DNA from: Bacteroidota bacterium
GTDB lineage: Bacteria; Bacteroidota; Ignavibacteria; UBA10030; UBA8401
DNA length: 40,953 nucleotides
Assembly: GCA_031420755.1 (NCBI GenBank)
Contig: JANONI010000367.1
Location: 1 to 40,953, forward strand
Reading direction: 5' to 3'
Position numbers and translations under genes: made by a program
The notes under the pieces: generated by a model
What the model saw: only the letters and a program-made list of their open reading frames with translations
The model's database searches: none
What the model was told of the DNA's origin: nothing
In this document: positions 29,566 through 38,448 of the stretch, one piece after another
How positions within the stretch are numbered: position 1 is the first letter of the stretch
Layout of the letters: the number at the start of each line of letters is the position of its first letter

Positions 29566-30846
29566 ATGAAACTTTCCTCTCTTATCGGGCATGTAACGGA
29601 ACTCTATAACGATGTGCTTGCTTCCCCAAAACCGGCAGACAGATTGATAGACGTTTTTTTTCGTGAAAGAAAATATCTCGGATCAAAAGATAGACGATTT
29701 ATTTCAGAAACCTTGTACGGCATTCTCCGGAACAAACGAAAAATAGAATTGAGCATACAATTCGTTCAAGATAAGCGAACAATCCTTTTTAGTTGCATTG
29801 CATATTTACTCCTCGACAAAAAATATTCCGCAGAATCTCTAAGCAGTGAAGTTGATATTCCGATTGATACGCTCTTAACAATTGGACAAAAGATCACTTC
29901 TAATCCCGTTTCTGATTCCAGTATTGAATCAATTGCGATACAATATTCTTTTCAAGATTGGATGATTAGTGAATGGAATGAATATTTTGGCAGATCAGAA
30001 GTAGATGCGTTGTGTACAACGTTGAATACACAAGCACCGATGACAATTCGTGTCAACACTATTAAAACTACTGTTGAAGAATGTAAAAATAAAATGATGC
30101 TTGAAGGAGTTGAGACTGAAAAAGCGCAATACTCTCCGTACGCGCTTCATTTAAAAAAAAGAATAAATATATTTCAATTACAGGCGTTTAAGGTTGGTTT
30201 ATTTGAAGTGCAGGATGAAGGAAGTCAATTGTTGGCAATGCTTGTCGATCCTGAACCTAAATCAAAAGTTCTTGATGCGTGCGCGGGTGCAGGCGGAAAA
30301 GCATTAGCGATGGCTTCAATCATGAATAACTGCGGAGAAATATTTGCGTTTGATATTCATTCGTTCAGATTGGATGAACTTAAAAAACGTATCCGCCGAA
30401 GCGGACTTGATTCCATTCACACAAGGACAATTCGTGAAAATGAAGTAGAAGAGAGTTTTATTGGTGAAGCGGATTATGTATTGGTAGATGCACCGTGCAC
30501 TGGAACGGGAACAATTCGTCGTAATCCGGGTATGAAATGGAGTGTTACACAACACATGGTTCGAGAATTGCGCGAAAAACAACTTTCAATCTTGTCGTTA
30601 AATTCTCAATACGTTAAAGTAGGCGGTCGTTTGATCTATGCAACCTGTTCACTAATAAAAGACGAAAACCAAAATGTGATAGAACAGTTTTTAAGTAACA
30701 AAAAGAATTTTGAATTAGTAAATCCATCGTCAATATTGGAAAGGTATAACCTTACAGGTATGACGAACGAGAAATACTTTCAATTATTACCTCACCGATA
30801 TAACACTGATGGTTTTTTTGCCGCCGTTATGAAAAGAGTAAGTTGA
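29566..30846 (+). CDS. RsmB/NOP2/Sun-family RNA cytosine-C5 methyltransferase
   Basis: VQDEGSQ, LDACAGAGGK, VLVDAPCTGTG..RRNP, YATCS, TDGFF. Confidence 0.92.
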   Translation: MKLSSLIGHVTELYNDVLASPKPADRLIDVFFRERKYLGSKDRRFISETLYGILRNKRKIELSIQFVQDKRTILFSCIAYLLLDKKYSAESLSSEVDIPIDTLLTIGQKITSNPVSDSSIESIAIQYSFQDWMISEWNEYFGRSEVDALCTTLNTQAPMTIRVNTIKTTVEECKNKMMLEGVETEKAQYSPYALHLKKRINIFQLQAFKVGLFEVQDEGSQLLAMLVDPEPKSKVLDACAGAGGKALAMASIMNNCGEIFAFDIHSFRLDELKKRIRRSGLDSIHTRTIRENEVEESFIGEADYVLVDAPCTGTGTIRRNPGMKWSVTQHMVRELREKQLSILSLNSQYVKVGGRLIYATCSLIKDENQNVIEQFLSNKKNFELVNPSSILERYNLTGMTNEKYFQLLPHRYNTDGFFAAVMKRVS

Positions 30847-31098
30847 TCCGTAAAAACAAAGAAACCTTCCCTATCCGAAGGATGCTTCGTATATTGAGAA
30901 AGACTCCGAAGAAGTCTCATATTTGTAACAAGCGATAAAAAAAATAATAGAACTCCGTTAGGTCTACGACCCGTAGGGAGTTCAACAATAGCACCGCGTT
31001 TAGCAATTACGGTGTAGATGTATTCAGGAACACTGTGTAGCGCGTTCAGTACGCCTTTCCATGGGAAAATTTTATGTAGGCGTACTTTTTTCAAATAG

Positions 31099-31280
31099 AG
31101 TAACTCCAGTTTTTATGTGGCTAAAGCCAGATTTGTGTTGCTTTTTTTATCAGTCCGCTAAAGCGGACTGAAGGAAATAATATTCAAACTTGTGCGCCCC
31201 GCCAAACCGCTTGCGGGCTGGCAGTTTTTTGGTGCAATAGAAATGGCTTTAGCCACATTTTCGAGTTACTTAGGAGTTAC
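31099..31280. repeat. Composite palindromic element with GGCTAAAGCC/GGCTTTAGCC arms
   Basis: Perfect 15-bp IR 31115-31129/31244-31258; outer GTAACTC/GAGTTAC; internal TCAGTCCGC-TAAA-GCGGACTGA hairpin. Confidence 0.7.
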
Positions 31281-31459
31281 GAATAGTCATATACATCACG
31301 TTAAAACGTTGGTTTATGTAATTCAAATGGCGACAACAGATTTATTAAAAACATATTTTGCTGTCCAGTCTGAGTCCTTTCCAAAGGATGCGAAGCATAC
31401 ATACGTAACACTTTGTGTCGGACAAGCAGCAGGGAATTATACCCTAAGAAATTAACAAT

Positions 31460-32668
31460 ATGAAACCAGTTTACATTATTGATGCGATAAGAACTCCTAT
31501 TGGTAAATACGGCGGGGCATTATCATCAATTCGTCCGGACGACCTTGCCGCCGTTGTCATAAAAAGATTGATAGAACGAAATTCCGAGATTGATCCAACG
31601 CTCTATGATGAAGTAATCCTTGGCTGTGCAAATCAAGCGGGTGAGGATAATCGAAACATTGCACGAATGTCATCACTGCTTGCAGGTCTTCCGACTTTCG
31701 TACCATCTGAAACAGTGAACCGTTTATGTGCATCGGGAATGAGTGCCGTTGCAAATGCTGCAAACAAAATACGAGTGAATGATGGAAATCTATATATCGC
31801 TGGCGGTGTGGAAAGCATGTCTCGTTCACCGTATGTGATGGCGAAACCGACTGAAGCATTTTCCCGTTCACCCGAAATGGTCGATACCGCGTTGGGATGG
31901 AGATTTGTAAATCCAAAGATGAAAGAGATGTACGGCGTTGATTCAATGGGGAACACGGCAGAAAATGTTGCTGAGCAATTCAATATTTCACGTGAAGATC
32001 AGGATACGTTTGCTTTGTGGTCGCAACAAAAAGCAAAGGAAGCAATTACAAGCCAAAGATTCTTTAAGGAAATTATTACAATCCAAGTTCATACAAAGAA
32101 AGAAACGATCATCGTTGGAGACGATGAATTTCCGAAACCGAATACGACGATTGAAAAACTTGCGAAACTTAAACCAGCATTTCGTACGGATGGAAAGGGA
32201 AGTGTTACTGCGGGAAATTCATCCGGATTGAACGATGGTGCGTGTGCGTTAATCCTTGCATCAGAAGAAGCTGTTACAAAAAATAATCTCAAACCAATTG
32301 CAAAATTCATCACTTCGGCAGTTGTTGGCGTTGAACCGAGAATCATGGGAATTGGTCCGCTTCCGGCAACGCAAAAAGTTTTGAAAAAAACCGGACTGAA
32401 TATTTCCGATATTTCCGTGATTGAGATGAACGAAGCATTTGCCGCGCAATGTCTTGCCGCTATGCGCGGACTTGGAATTGCCGATAATGATCCGCGCGTG
32501 AACCCGAACGGTGGAGCAATTGCACTTGGCCATCCATTAGGAATGTCTGGCGCGCGTTTGATCGCAACAGCGGCGTACGAACTCCAATTAAACGGCGGAC
32601 GTTACGCTCTCTGCACAATGTGTATCGGCGTTGGTCAGGGAATGGCGACGATTATAGAGAGAATATAA
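31460..32668 (+). CDS. Acetyl-CoA C-acyltransferase (3-oxoadipyl-CoA thiolase PcaF/PaaJ-like)
   Basis: GCANQAGEDNRN, NRLCASG, NEAFA, GAIALGHPLG, CIGVGQG. Confidence 0.92.
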   Translation: MKPVYIIDAIRTPIGKYGGALSSIRPDDLAAVVIKRLIERNSEIDPTLYDEVILGCANQAGEDNRNIARMSSLLAGLPTFVPSETVNRLCASGMSAVANAANKIRVNDGNLYIAGGVESMSRSPYVMAKPTEAFSRSPEMVDTALGWRFVNPKMKEMYGVDSMGNTAENVAEQFNISREDQDTFALWSQQKAKEAITSQRFFKEIITIQVHTKKETIIVGDDEFPKPNTTIEKLAKLKPAFRTDGKGSVTAGNSSGLNDGACALILASEEAVTKNNLKPIAKFITSAVVGVEPRIMGIGPLPATQKVLKKTGLNISDISVIEMNEAFAAQCLAAMRGLGIADNDPRVNPNGGAIALGHPLGMSGARLIATAAYELQLNGGRYALCTMCIGVGQGMATIIERI

Positions 32669-32764
32669 AATACAAGATTGCAAGTTTACAAATTAATTAT
32701 GTTCCAATTCTTACAGTTTAGAAATGAAACAAGTTACACTTATATTTTCAGTCAATTTCTGGTT

Positions 32765-32793
32765 TTGCATCTATCAAACAAGGGTGGTATATT
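32765..32793 (+). promoter_or_regulatory. Sigma70-type promoter for the small membrane protein cassette
   Basis: TTGCAT, 17 nt, TGnTATATT; 13 nt upstream of ATG 32807. Confidence 0.6.
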
Positions 32794-32806
32794 TCAATAA
32801 GAACTT

Positions 32807-33124
32807 ATGAAAAATTCGGCAAAAACAGGTGTGCAACTATCCAAAGTGTTCTTAAATGTTGGACAGGGAATTATTCTTGCAACAATTCTTGCTCGGCTTA
32901 TTCAACAACAATCTTCATTTCTCGAAATGGTTGTAGGTTTACTTATTGGTTTTTACACAATTGGTATTGGACTTTATTTATTTGATTTTTTCAACGAAGG
33001 GTGGGATAGAATGAGTGATTTAATCGTTATATATTTGATTATTGCATTGTTTGCGACTGTCTCGGCAGTCTTTTTTCGTTTTTTTGTTAAAAAAAACAAT
33101 AGCGAAGTCAGTAAAAAAATATAA
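32807..33124 (+). CDS. Small 3-TM hypothetical protein; last 37 aa (ATG 33011) are a paralog of the next peptide
   Basis: Hydrophobic helices; internal Met preceded by a purine-rich GGGTGGGA. Confidence 0.6.
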   Translation: MKNSAKTGVQLSKVFLNVGQGIILATILARLIQQQSSFLEMVVGLLIGFYTIGIGLYLFDFFNEGWDRMSDLIVIYLIIALFATVSAVFFRFFVKKNNSEVSKKI

Positions 33125-33132
33125 GAATAATT

Positions 33133-33246
33133 ATGGGTAGAATGATTGTCGGTTCTGGGATTATCGCTGTGTTTGCGACTGTTTCTGCGGTTTACTTTCA
33201 CTTCTATTTCAAGAAGCATAACAAAGAAGTTCAAAAGAAAGTATAG
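33133..33246 (+). CDS. 37-aa single-TM peptide (below the ORF-track cutoff)
   Basis: MGRMIVGSGIIAVFATVSAVYFHFYFKKHNKEVQKKV; 22/37 identical to the peptide encoded by 33011-33124. Confidence 0.65.
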   Translation: MGRMIVGSGIIAVFATVSAVYFHFYFKKHNKEVQKKV

Positions 33247-33279
33247 GTTAATTTTTTATTTCAGTCTCCGTATGATTAT

Positions 33280-33306
33280 AACGCCAAGAATACCTTGGCG
33301 TTTTTT
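33280..33306 (+). terminator. Intrinsic terminator
   Basis: AACGCCAAG-AATAC-CTTGGCGTT plus TTTT. Confidence 0.75.
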
Positions 33307-33369
33307 ATAAAATATTATTTACGAAAATAATTTTTTACCTCAATAACTTCACTACTCAAATACTTATCA

Positions 33370-35400
33370 ATGAAAATTAAATCGTACGCATACGGTCAAT
33401 GGATCGAGGGGAACGGTAAACCAGCGTCGCTGCTCAGTGCTGTTACGGGTGAACATATTTTTGATGCTGACAGCTCTGGTCTTGATTTTAATCAAATGCT
33501 TGAGTTCGGTCGTACCGTTGGCGGAGTGAATATCCGGAAATATACATTCCATCAGCGTGCGTTGATGTTGAAGGAGTTGGCAAAGTTTCTTACCGAACGA
33601 AAAGAGATTTTTTATAAACTCTCTTATTACACCGGTGCAACAAGAACGGATTCTTGGTTTGATATTGATGGAGGAATTGGAACGCTCTTTGCGTTTGCCA
33701 GCAAAGGGCGAAAAGAACTCCCAAATCAAACCGTATATATCGATGGCGGAACCGAAATGCTCTCCAAAGGCGGGACATTTGTCGGGCGGCATATTTGTGT
33801 TCCTCTTGAGGGAGTGGCTGTTCATATCAACGCATTCAATTTTCCAACATGGGGAATGTTGGAAAAATTTGCACCAGCATTTCTTGCCGGAATGCCATGC
33901 ATTATCAAACCCGCTACATCAACAAGTTATGTTGCGCAAAAAGTTGTTGAAGAAATAATCGCTTCAAAAATTCTTCCGGAAGGTTCGCTGCAAATTATTT
34001 GCGGCAGCGTTGGGAATTTATTCGATTATTTTACATTACAGGATGTTGTTACCTTTACCGGCTCACATTCAACAGGAATAAAACTCCGTCAGCATAAAAA
34101 TATCAATGAAAATTCTGTTCGCTTTACAATGGAATCAGATTCACTTAACTGTTGTGTACTCGGTAGCGATGCTACGCCCGACTCGGAAGAATTTTCTCTT
34201 TTCATAAAAGAAGTTTCCCGCGAACTAACTACCAAAGCAGGACAACGTTGTACTGCAATCCGCAGAATTATCGTTCCGAATAATCTTGTTCAGAATGTTA
34301 TTGCTGCTTTGCAAAAACGTTTGTCCGGAATTATTATTGGAGATCCGGCATTAGACGATGTGAAGATGGGTCCGCTGGTTGGGAAGGAACAGGTTGCGGA
34401 AGTTTCTGCGCGTGTTGTAGAACTTTCTCGTTCGAGTGAAAAAGTATTTGAGTATTCATCCCAATTCAAAAAGAATGGAAATTCACTTGAGAACGGCGCA
34501 TTCTTCCGTCCGACATTGTTGCATTGTGCAAATCCTTTTTCTGCAATCGAACCGCACGAAGTTGAAGCATTTGGTCCGGTAAGCACTGTCATGGGATATT
34601 CAACTATAGATGACGCGATCGAACTTGTGCGGCGCGGACGCGGTTCATTGGTCGGTTCATTCTTTTCAAATAATGATGAACTTTCAAAACAATTTGCGCT
34701 TGGCATTGCGCCATATCATGGTAGAATAATGATGGTGAACCGTTACAGTGCAAAAGAATCAACTGGTCATGGTTCGCCGATGCCGCAAATGGTTCACGGC
34801 GGTCCGGGACGCGCAGGCGGCGGAGAAGAACTTGGTGGTATTCGAAGTGTGCTTCATTATATGCAGCGCACTGCGTTACAAGGATCTCCGACAACGCTCG
34901 GAAAAATTTACAGTGAATTTACAACGGGTGCTGAAACCCATAGTGACGGAGTTCATCCTTTCAAAAAATATTTTGATGAACTTCAGATTGGTGATACACT
35001 ACTCACTAAAACCAGAACCATTACACTTGAGGATATTGAGAAGTTTGCCGATCTAAGCGGTGACCATTTCTACGCTCATATGGATGATGATCTTGCACGG
35101 AAATCAATCTTTGACCGCCGTGTTGCTCACGGTTATTTTATTCTTTCGGCAGCGGCTGGATTGTTTGTGGAGCCGGGGTTCGTTCCTGTAATGGCAAATT
35201 ACGGCCTTGAAGGTTTACGATTTATTAAACCAGTCTATCCTGACGACACGATACAAGTGCGATTGACGGTGAAATCAACACGACCGAAAGAGGGAGAACT
35301 TCAAGGAATTGTTGAATGGGATGTTGTTGTATTTAATCAAAATAATGAACAGGTTGCGGTATATACATTATTGACGTTGGTAGCGAAGAAACCTATATAA
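33370..35400 (+). CDS. paaZ: Bifunctional oxepin-CoA hydrolase / aldehyde dehydrogenase
   Basis: HINAFNFP, ESDSLN, KAGQRCTAIRR, STGHGSPMP..HGGPGRAGGGEE, C-terminal MaoC domain (GDHFYAHMD, VAHGY). Confidence 0.95.
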   Translation: MKIKSYAYGQWIEGNGKPASLLSAVTGEHIFDADSSGLDFNQMLEFGRTVGGVNIRKYTFHQRALMLKELAKFLTERKEIFYKLSYYTGATRTDSWFDIDGGIGTLFAFASKGRKELPNQTVYIDGGTEMLSKGGTFVGRHICVPLEGVAVHINAFNFPTWGMLEKFAPAFLAGMPCIIKPATSTSYVAQKVVEEIIASKILPEGSLQIICGSVGNLFDYFTLQDVVTFTGSHSTGIKLRQHKNINENSVRFTMESDSLNCCVLGSDATPDSEEFSLFIKEVSRELTTKAGQRCTAIRRIIVPNNLVQNVIAALQKRLSGIIIGDPALDDVKMGPLVGKEQVAEVSARVVELSRSSEKVFEYSSQFKKNGNSLENGAFFRPTLLHCANPFSAIEPHEVEAFGPVSTVMGYSTIDDAIELVRRGRGSLVGSFFSNNDELSKQFALGIAPYHGRIMMVNRYSAKESTGHGSPMPQMVHGGPGRAGGGEELGGIRSVLHYMQRTALQGSPTTLGKIYSEFTTGAETHSDGVHPFKKYFDELQIGDTLLTKTRTITLEDIEKFADLSGDHFYAHMDDDLARKSIFDRRVAHGYFILSAAAGLFVEPGFVPVMANYGLEGLRFIKPVYPDDTIQVRLTVKSTRPKEGELQGIVEWDVVVFNQNNEQVAVYTLLTLVAKKPI

Positions 35401-35489
35401 GTAAAAAGTTAAAAGTAAAAAGTAAAAAAATAAAAAATATTCTAATAAACTATTTGCCTTCGCGATTTTAACTTTTATTTTCCCATACA

Positions 35490-36266
35490 ATGACTTATCA
35501 ACATTTAATCGTAAAAATTGAAAATCACATTGCGCATGTAACATTACACCGTCCGCCTGTTAATGCCTTAAACAGAGAACTTGTTGAAGAACTTGTTGAT
35601 ATAGCAACACAATTCAAATCCAGCGACAATGTTTGGGTTGTTGCCGTTACGGCAACTGGAAAAGCATTTTGTGCAGGCGCAGACCTAAAAGAACGCGCGG
35701 GAGTACCGCAAGAGCAGGTAATGAATTTTGTGAAGGGGATTCAATCTGTTGCAGCGTCGTGGTGTGAAATTCCGCAGCCGGTAATTATGGGAATCCACGC
35801 TCCGGCACTTGGCGGAGGATTGGAATTTGCACTTGCCGGCGACATTCTTGCTGCAAGTGAATCGGCGACACTTGGTTTACCGGAAACAAGTTTGGGAATT
35901 ATTCCTGCTGCTGGTGGAACACAGCGACTTGCTCAACGCACATCATCCGCAATTGCAAAAAAATGGATATTGACGGCAAAACATTTTTCTGCTACGGAAG
36001 CAAAAGAAGATGGCGTGATTGATTTTGTCTTTCCGTCGGAAAAATTTGAAACTGAATTTTGGAAAATAGTTCAACAGGTTGCGTCGAACGCTCCTCTTGC
36101 GCTTCGACAAGCGAAAAAAGCGATTGACAGTTCGTATGATGAATGGCTATTAGATGGATTTGAAAACGAAAAAACATTCTATCAACCGTTGATACCGACC
36201 GATGACAGGCGTGAAGCACTAAAAGCATTTATTGAAAAAAGAAAACCGATGTGGAAAGGAAAATGA
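35490..36266 (+). CDS. Enoyl-CoA hydratase/isomerase family protein
   Basis: AFCAGADLKER, ALGGGLE, GLPETSLGIIPAAGGTQRL, AFIEKRKP. Confidence 0.92.
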   Translation: MTYQHLIVKIENHIAHVTLHRPPVNALNRELVEELVDIATQFKSSDNVWVVAVTATGKAFCAGADLKERAGVPQEQVMNFVKGIQSVAASWCEIPQPVIMGIHAPALGGGLEFALAGDILAASESATLGLPETSLGIIPAAGGTQRLAQRTSSAIAKKWILTAKHFSATEAKEDGVIDFVFPSEKFETEFWKIVQQVASNAPLALRQAKKAIDSSYDEWLLDGFENEKTFYQPLIPTDDRREALKAFIEKRKPMWKGK

Positions 36267-36278
36267 TTCGTAGAAATT

Positions 36279-37613
36279 TTATAACAACGTAAAGAAAAAT
36301 GCAGCAAGAAATCCTGCGATTGTTGCGAGTCCTACTTCGGCTCCGCCATCTTCGTATGCTTCAGGCATCATCACCGATGCAACCATAGCAAGAATTCCGC
36401 CTCCGGCTAATGCTTCCACAAATGTGATGATGGTCGGCTGAGCCCCGAGAAGAAAAATGTTTCCAGCAGCAGCGGCAAGCGCACCTGCAACAATCAGCGA
36501 TCCCCACAGAAAAAAAATTCGCTTCGGACTGAAACCCGATTCCATCATTGCATGAGAACTTGCCATCGCTTCCGGAAGGTTTGAAAGAAAAACCGCAGCA
36601 AGAAAAGTGTACTGATACGATGCAAAACTGACGAAACTCGCCCCGATGATGATCGATTCCGGTATCGTGTCCATCATTGCACCGAGAAATAATGCGAATG
36701 GCGCACCGCTCGATGCGTGTTTTTGCTTCAAGTTCAATTCTTCCATTTTACTCAGGCGACGAATATTTGCCACGGCAATCTTTTGCCAATGTTCTTTATC
36801 GGGCTGGAGGTTCAATTGTTGAACATTGCTCAAGATTCGAAGCGAATTTAATTGTTCAACGGATTTTTTTAACGTTGAAGAAACTTCCATCAATGCATCA
36901 AAATGTTCTTTTCTAATTTTTAACAATGTTGAACGAGTTATTGCAATTGCGGTTGCAGAACGCATTTCGCCGGTAAGCAATGCCATCTCGCCAAAAGACT
37001 TACCGGGACCGAGTGATGCAATGACCTGATTGTGATCCTCACTATCCGCAACAATGTTTACTTCTCCATCGGTAATAAGATATAATGCGTCTGCAGAATC
37101 ACCGCGGTGAAAAATAATTTCGTTCTCTTGTATTTCGATCGGAGTGACAAAATCCAAAATGCTTTCCATATCTTCGGGAGGAAGGGAGCGGAGCAGTTCT
37201 ACATTTGAGAGTTTTTTCAGAATATCGGTAGACTCTTCCCGTTTCTTTTTCAACAAATAAAATTTTGCCAATGCCGGATGTCTCATCGCGGCACCTTTTT
37301 TATCGAGCCATTTATTTCCAAGATAATATCCTACTCCGCCAATAATAAAACCAAGTGCAACCAAGCTCCACGCTTGAAATCCGGAATACTGAAGGAGCGT
37401 TGTTAACCGTTGGGCACCTTTAAAAGCAAGTTCAATGGCAAGGGCTTGAATCAATGCTCCGGTGCCGAATGCCATAACAATTGCATTTGTACGCTGGGAA
37501 GGTCTTACGTAAATACCAATGATCGTTCCCGCAATCATTGATGACATACCAATAACTGCAAGCAATGTTGCCGAGAAGACTCTTGTTATTTCGAATGTTT
37601 CGTGTGGGTGCAT
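36279..37613 (-). CDS. ZIP-family metal transporter with an internal cyclic-nucleotide-binding domain
   Basis: N-terminal 3 TM (MAFGTGALI), central CNB domain (FHRGD..LYLI..GEV..FGEMALL...RSAT), C-terminal ZIP half (DTIPES, SNLPEA, MMPEAY); likely start ATG 37613. Confidence 0.85.
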   Translation of the reverse strand: MHPHETFEITRVFSATLLAVIGMSSMIAGTIIGIYVRPSQRTNAIVMAFGTGALIQALAIELAFKGAQRLTTLLQYSGFQAWSLVALGFIIGGVGYYLGNKWLDKKGAAMRHPALAKFYLLKKKREESTDILKKLSNVELLRSLPPEDMESILDFVTPIEIQENEIIFHRGDSADALYLITDGEVNIVADSEDHNQVIASLGPGKSFGEMALLTGEMRSATAIAITRSTLLKIRKEHFDALMEVSSTLKKSVEQLNSLRILSNVQQLNLQPDKEHWQKIAVANIRRLSKMEELNLKQKHASSGAPFALFLGAMMDTIPESIIIGASFVSFASYQYTFLAAVFLSNLPEAMASSHAMMESGFSPKRIFFLWGSLIVAGALAAAAGNIFLLGAQPTIITFVEALAGGGILAMVASVMMPEAYEDGGAEVGLATIAGFLAAFFFTLL

Positions 37614-37978
37614 AGGATTAAGATATTCTTGTCTGAATATATCAATTTTTCTGCTCGTTTGTAAAGCTAATTGTTTGGAAAAATTGGAAAAATTATTGTA
37701 ACAGAACCATGCGAATAATCTTCCAATCATGGCGGGTTTGAAGAAGGCAGAAATAGACCGTGGTTAAAAAAATATTCTAACGCTGTGTAGTTGCAAATGA
37801 AGAATTGTAATTGTACCGTTTGTTGAAGAATATTCCGATGAAGAATATTTTCTTTGGAAATTTTTTGAATGATTCGTATCTTGTAATAACAACGATCAAA
37901 ACAATTATGTGAACGTTATCTACTGTTCACATAAAACGCGGCAGAAAGATATCGTTCAAATTTTTAGAAAAATACGTT

Positions 37979-38061
37979 GGTGAGTTGGCAGAACGGCTAT
38001 TGCACCAGTCTTGAAAACTGGCATCCGGAAGGATTTCTGGGTTCGAATCCCAGGCTCACCG
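37979..38061 (+). tRNA. tRNA-Ser (anticodon TGA), CCA not encoded
   Basis: Acceptor GGTGAGT/GCTCACC plus G discriminator; anticodon arm CCAGT-CTTGAAA-ACTGG; long variable arm; T-arm CTGGG-TTCGAAT-CCCAG. Confidence 0.93.
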
Positions 38062-38247
38062 CAAAACTACGTTCTGACAAAAAACGTCAGAACTTCGTTT
38101 TGCAGGCAAACTCATTAATACTAAGTACTACATTACTTGGACAACATTGAAATCATATGCAACCATTGAATACATTGACTTTTTTATTTTGTAATGTATT
38201 CTATGCAATGAAACCCTTAGTAAATATCCTTAAACGGAATTAGAATG

Positions 38248-38352
38248 ATGGAATTTTATTTCGTGTATATTCTTAAAAGTTTATTGAAGGAATTTATTTA
38301 TATCGGCTACACACGCAATTTATCTGCACGATTAGATCAGCATAATAGTGGT
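38248..38352 (+). pseudogene. Truncated GIY-YIG nuclease (N-terminal ~35 aa)
   Basis: FVYILKS....YIGYTRNL..RL.QHNSG, after which similarity is lost and the conserved C-terminal Glu helix is absent. Confidence 0.75.
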
Positions 38353-38448
38353 TGGTCATTCAAATTTTGTGTTGAACTGAATAATTTCTTGTTTTTTTGG
38401 TTCAAAGTGTATATTACATGTAGTGATTATTCATAAAAAGGTTTAGAA

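Noticed and set aside
421-30978. Recurrent palindromes as a CRISPR array
   Set aside because: Copies are dispersed, in both orientations, without regular spacers, and no cas genes are present.
30792-31455. ORFs 30792-31094(-) and 31192-31455(+)
   Set aside because: Translations of palindromic repeat clusters with no coding signature.
37614-37730. N-terminal 39-aa extension of the ZIP-cNMP ORF
   Set aside because: AT-rich, promoter-like sequence; ATG 37613 directly precedes the first TM helix and is the more plausible start.
37905-37934. TTATGTGAAC-N10-GTTCACATAA palindrome as a CRP site near the cNMP-ZIP gene
   Set aside because: TGTGA/TCACA spacing is 14 nt rather than 6; more likely a hairpin in the tRNA leader or a site for another factor.
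37979-38061. tRNA as selenocysteine or suppressor tRNA, or as an island attachment site
   Set aside because: Anticodon TGA reads UCA (Ser), whereas tRNA-Sec has TCA; no duplicated tRNA 3' end or integrase seen in the window.
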